Assembly: GCA_012295275.1 (NCBI GenBank)
Contig: CM022669.1
Span: 10,044,001 to 10,108,000 of the forward strand
Length of the DNA stretch: 64,000 nt
Origin: Chrysomallon squamiferum
Lineage: Eukaryota; Animalia; Mollusca
Reading direction: 5' to 3'
Shown: positions 54,336 through 64,000 of the stretch, piece by piece
Layout: the number at the start of each line of letters is the position of its first letter
Position numbering within the stretch: the stretch's first letter is position 1
Made by a program: the position numbers and the translations under genes
Notes under the pieces: model-generated
Database searches by the model: none
What the model saw: the letters and a program-made list of their open reading frames with translations, nothing else
Told to the model about the DNA's origin: nothing

Positions 54336-55484
54336 TGTTGTCCATGATGATGATGATGATCTACATTACTGCATTGCCACCATCACTGTATCAGCAGTTG
54401 CCCAGAATAACTAGTAATGGCAGATGAGATACAATTTTTAAAAATTTAGTCAGCTGTTGAATGACAATAAAAAATACAAACCAATGGACATAAAGGAGGA
54501 TAATAATGACCATTATTCAGACATTAAGATAATTATGGTCATTTATCAGGTGCTAATATATAATATTTAAGAATTGTTTAGTAATCTTAGTATGTCACTA
54601 AATAAATAAGTAAATGAATTTTTCTTTTAATATTCTGTCGAAATTAAAATATGAAATATGACATTAAATAAGAAACATATGACTATATAAAAATTAATTA
54701 AATAATTAAATGTCTAAAACGTCTAAAACAAGAACATGATGAAATCGTATTGAGTTATAGATTTTTTTATTACATAAGTATTAGCCATTCTGTTTTCTTG
54801 ATTCAAAACAGGTTGGATTTACTGTTTAACATGAAATTATTTTCAGCATGTTATTCAGGATATGATATGGTAAAAGAGATGAATTAAAACAAAGCAAGAA
54901 TAGGAAAAAATATCTTTAATTTTCATAACTTGCATTAACAGCACTGAATGTGCTTTGAGAAGAATACATTTCAGTCTCTTCAGCAAATGAATATAACAAA
55001 CTCAAAATTACTTTTAATTCATATATAAAAAACAAACTAACAAACAATCCACATATGAATAAAAAAAGAAAACGATACATAATATTCATATATATATATA
55101 TAAAAAAAAGTTAATATAAAAAGAAAAAACAAACATGTTATTTATTTTATATTAATTAAAGATGAAAACAATCATGAAAAAATATCCTTTATAATTTGAA
55201 AACTCGTAACAAAAAATATACAAGATGGAGGAAACAAATGAACAAATATAACTTTCTACAAAGTAAAGAAAGAAAATATTAGTACAGTGTAACTTGGAAA
55301 TGTAAGAAATAATATTTATTTTACGTTTTATATAGCACCAATTTATATAAACATCAGTCCAATATCTTATAGTCCAGTAGTATAGTGGCTGATTCTCTGC
55401 AACAAACTGTTTCTTTTTGGTCCTTGTTTTTTCACACAAAAACAAGATAATTTTGAAGTATTTTCATAAAGAATTATGTGACAT

Positions 55485-63357
<7,873 letters not shown>

Positions 63358-63407
63358 CTGAAATCAGAGTAATGAAACAACAGTGTGGTATTTGTTATAT
63401 TGAGAAA

Positions 63408-63438
<31 letters not shown>

Positions 63439-63828
63439 AAGACTAGAAAACAAAGATTTAGCATAAATGGTAAATAACAAAATTAATAAATGAAAAAAAA
63501 AAAAAGAGAGGGGAAAACAAGCTGGATTTAATATTTAACACACACACACATACACAAAATGCACACAAATTAATAATAATAATAAAATAAATAAATAAAT
63601 TAAAGCTGCTTTGAGAAAAGTGATTAAAGCAAAAATGCAGTTTTCACACTTTAGATGTAATTATATCTTAAGATCTGACCAAGTTAGACTACTTTTAATC
63701 TTTGAATGTTTGTCACATTTTGAACAATTTAATTGGAGATAATGACTGCCCAGAATATGAAGCTTGCAGTTTGAATCTTTCTGTTTGATGTATTAAGCAT
63801 AATATTTGATAACAATTATTGCAATAAA

Positions 63829-63860
<32 letters not shown>

Positions 63861-64000
63861 GAAAAGGAAATGGGTAATTATCAAACATTTAAATGGTTTG
63901 GATGTAAATATACTTTAAGGTTTGTTTTACATATATATATATTTAACAGGCTTCATACACTGTGGGTTGTCAAAATTTCCATAACTTTTCCAAAACGTTC

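Overview
AT-rich, microsatellite-dense animal genomic DNA with short spliceosomal introns; an invertebrate, and a mollusc/lophotrochozoan origin is only a guess from sequence style. Four protein-coding genes can be spliced by hand. DDA1 (+, 5 coding exons, 100 aa, 1465-5558). A lachesin/DIP/IgLON-type three-Ig-domain, probably GPI-anchored adhesion protein (+, 8 coding exons, 439 aa, 26431-38156, plus a likely 5'UTR exon). TPGS2 (+, 9 exons, 306 aa, 47851-54335). The last 15 exons of ATR (-, 63357-55485, running off the right edge). Two decayed DNA transposons sit in introns: Tigger/pogo in DDA1 and a long-TIR Sola2-like element in TPGS2. Most ORFs in the supplied track are microsatellite artefacts. 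Main oddities: a 2.1-kb array whose 37-bp unit reads as a complete GT...AG mini-intron (tandem AG|GT recursive-site motifs); an ATR intronic minisatellite made by amplifying a real 3' splice site about 15 times; other repeats built from or abutting splice acceptors; an apparent frameshift in an ATR exon just before the kinase domain; a GC-AG last ATR intron; and a sharp CpG-poor/CpG-rich/CpG-poor mosaic. No rRNA, tRNA or CRISPR features were seen.
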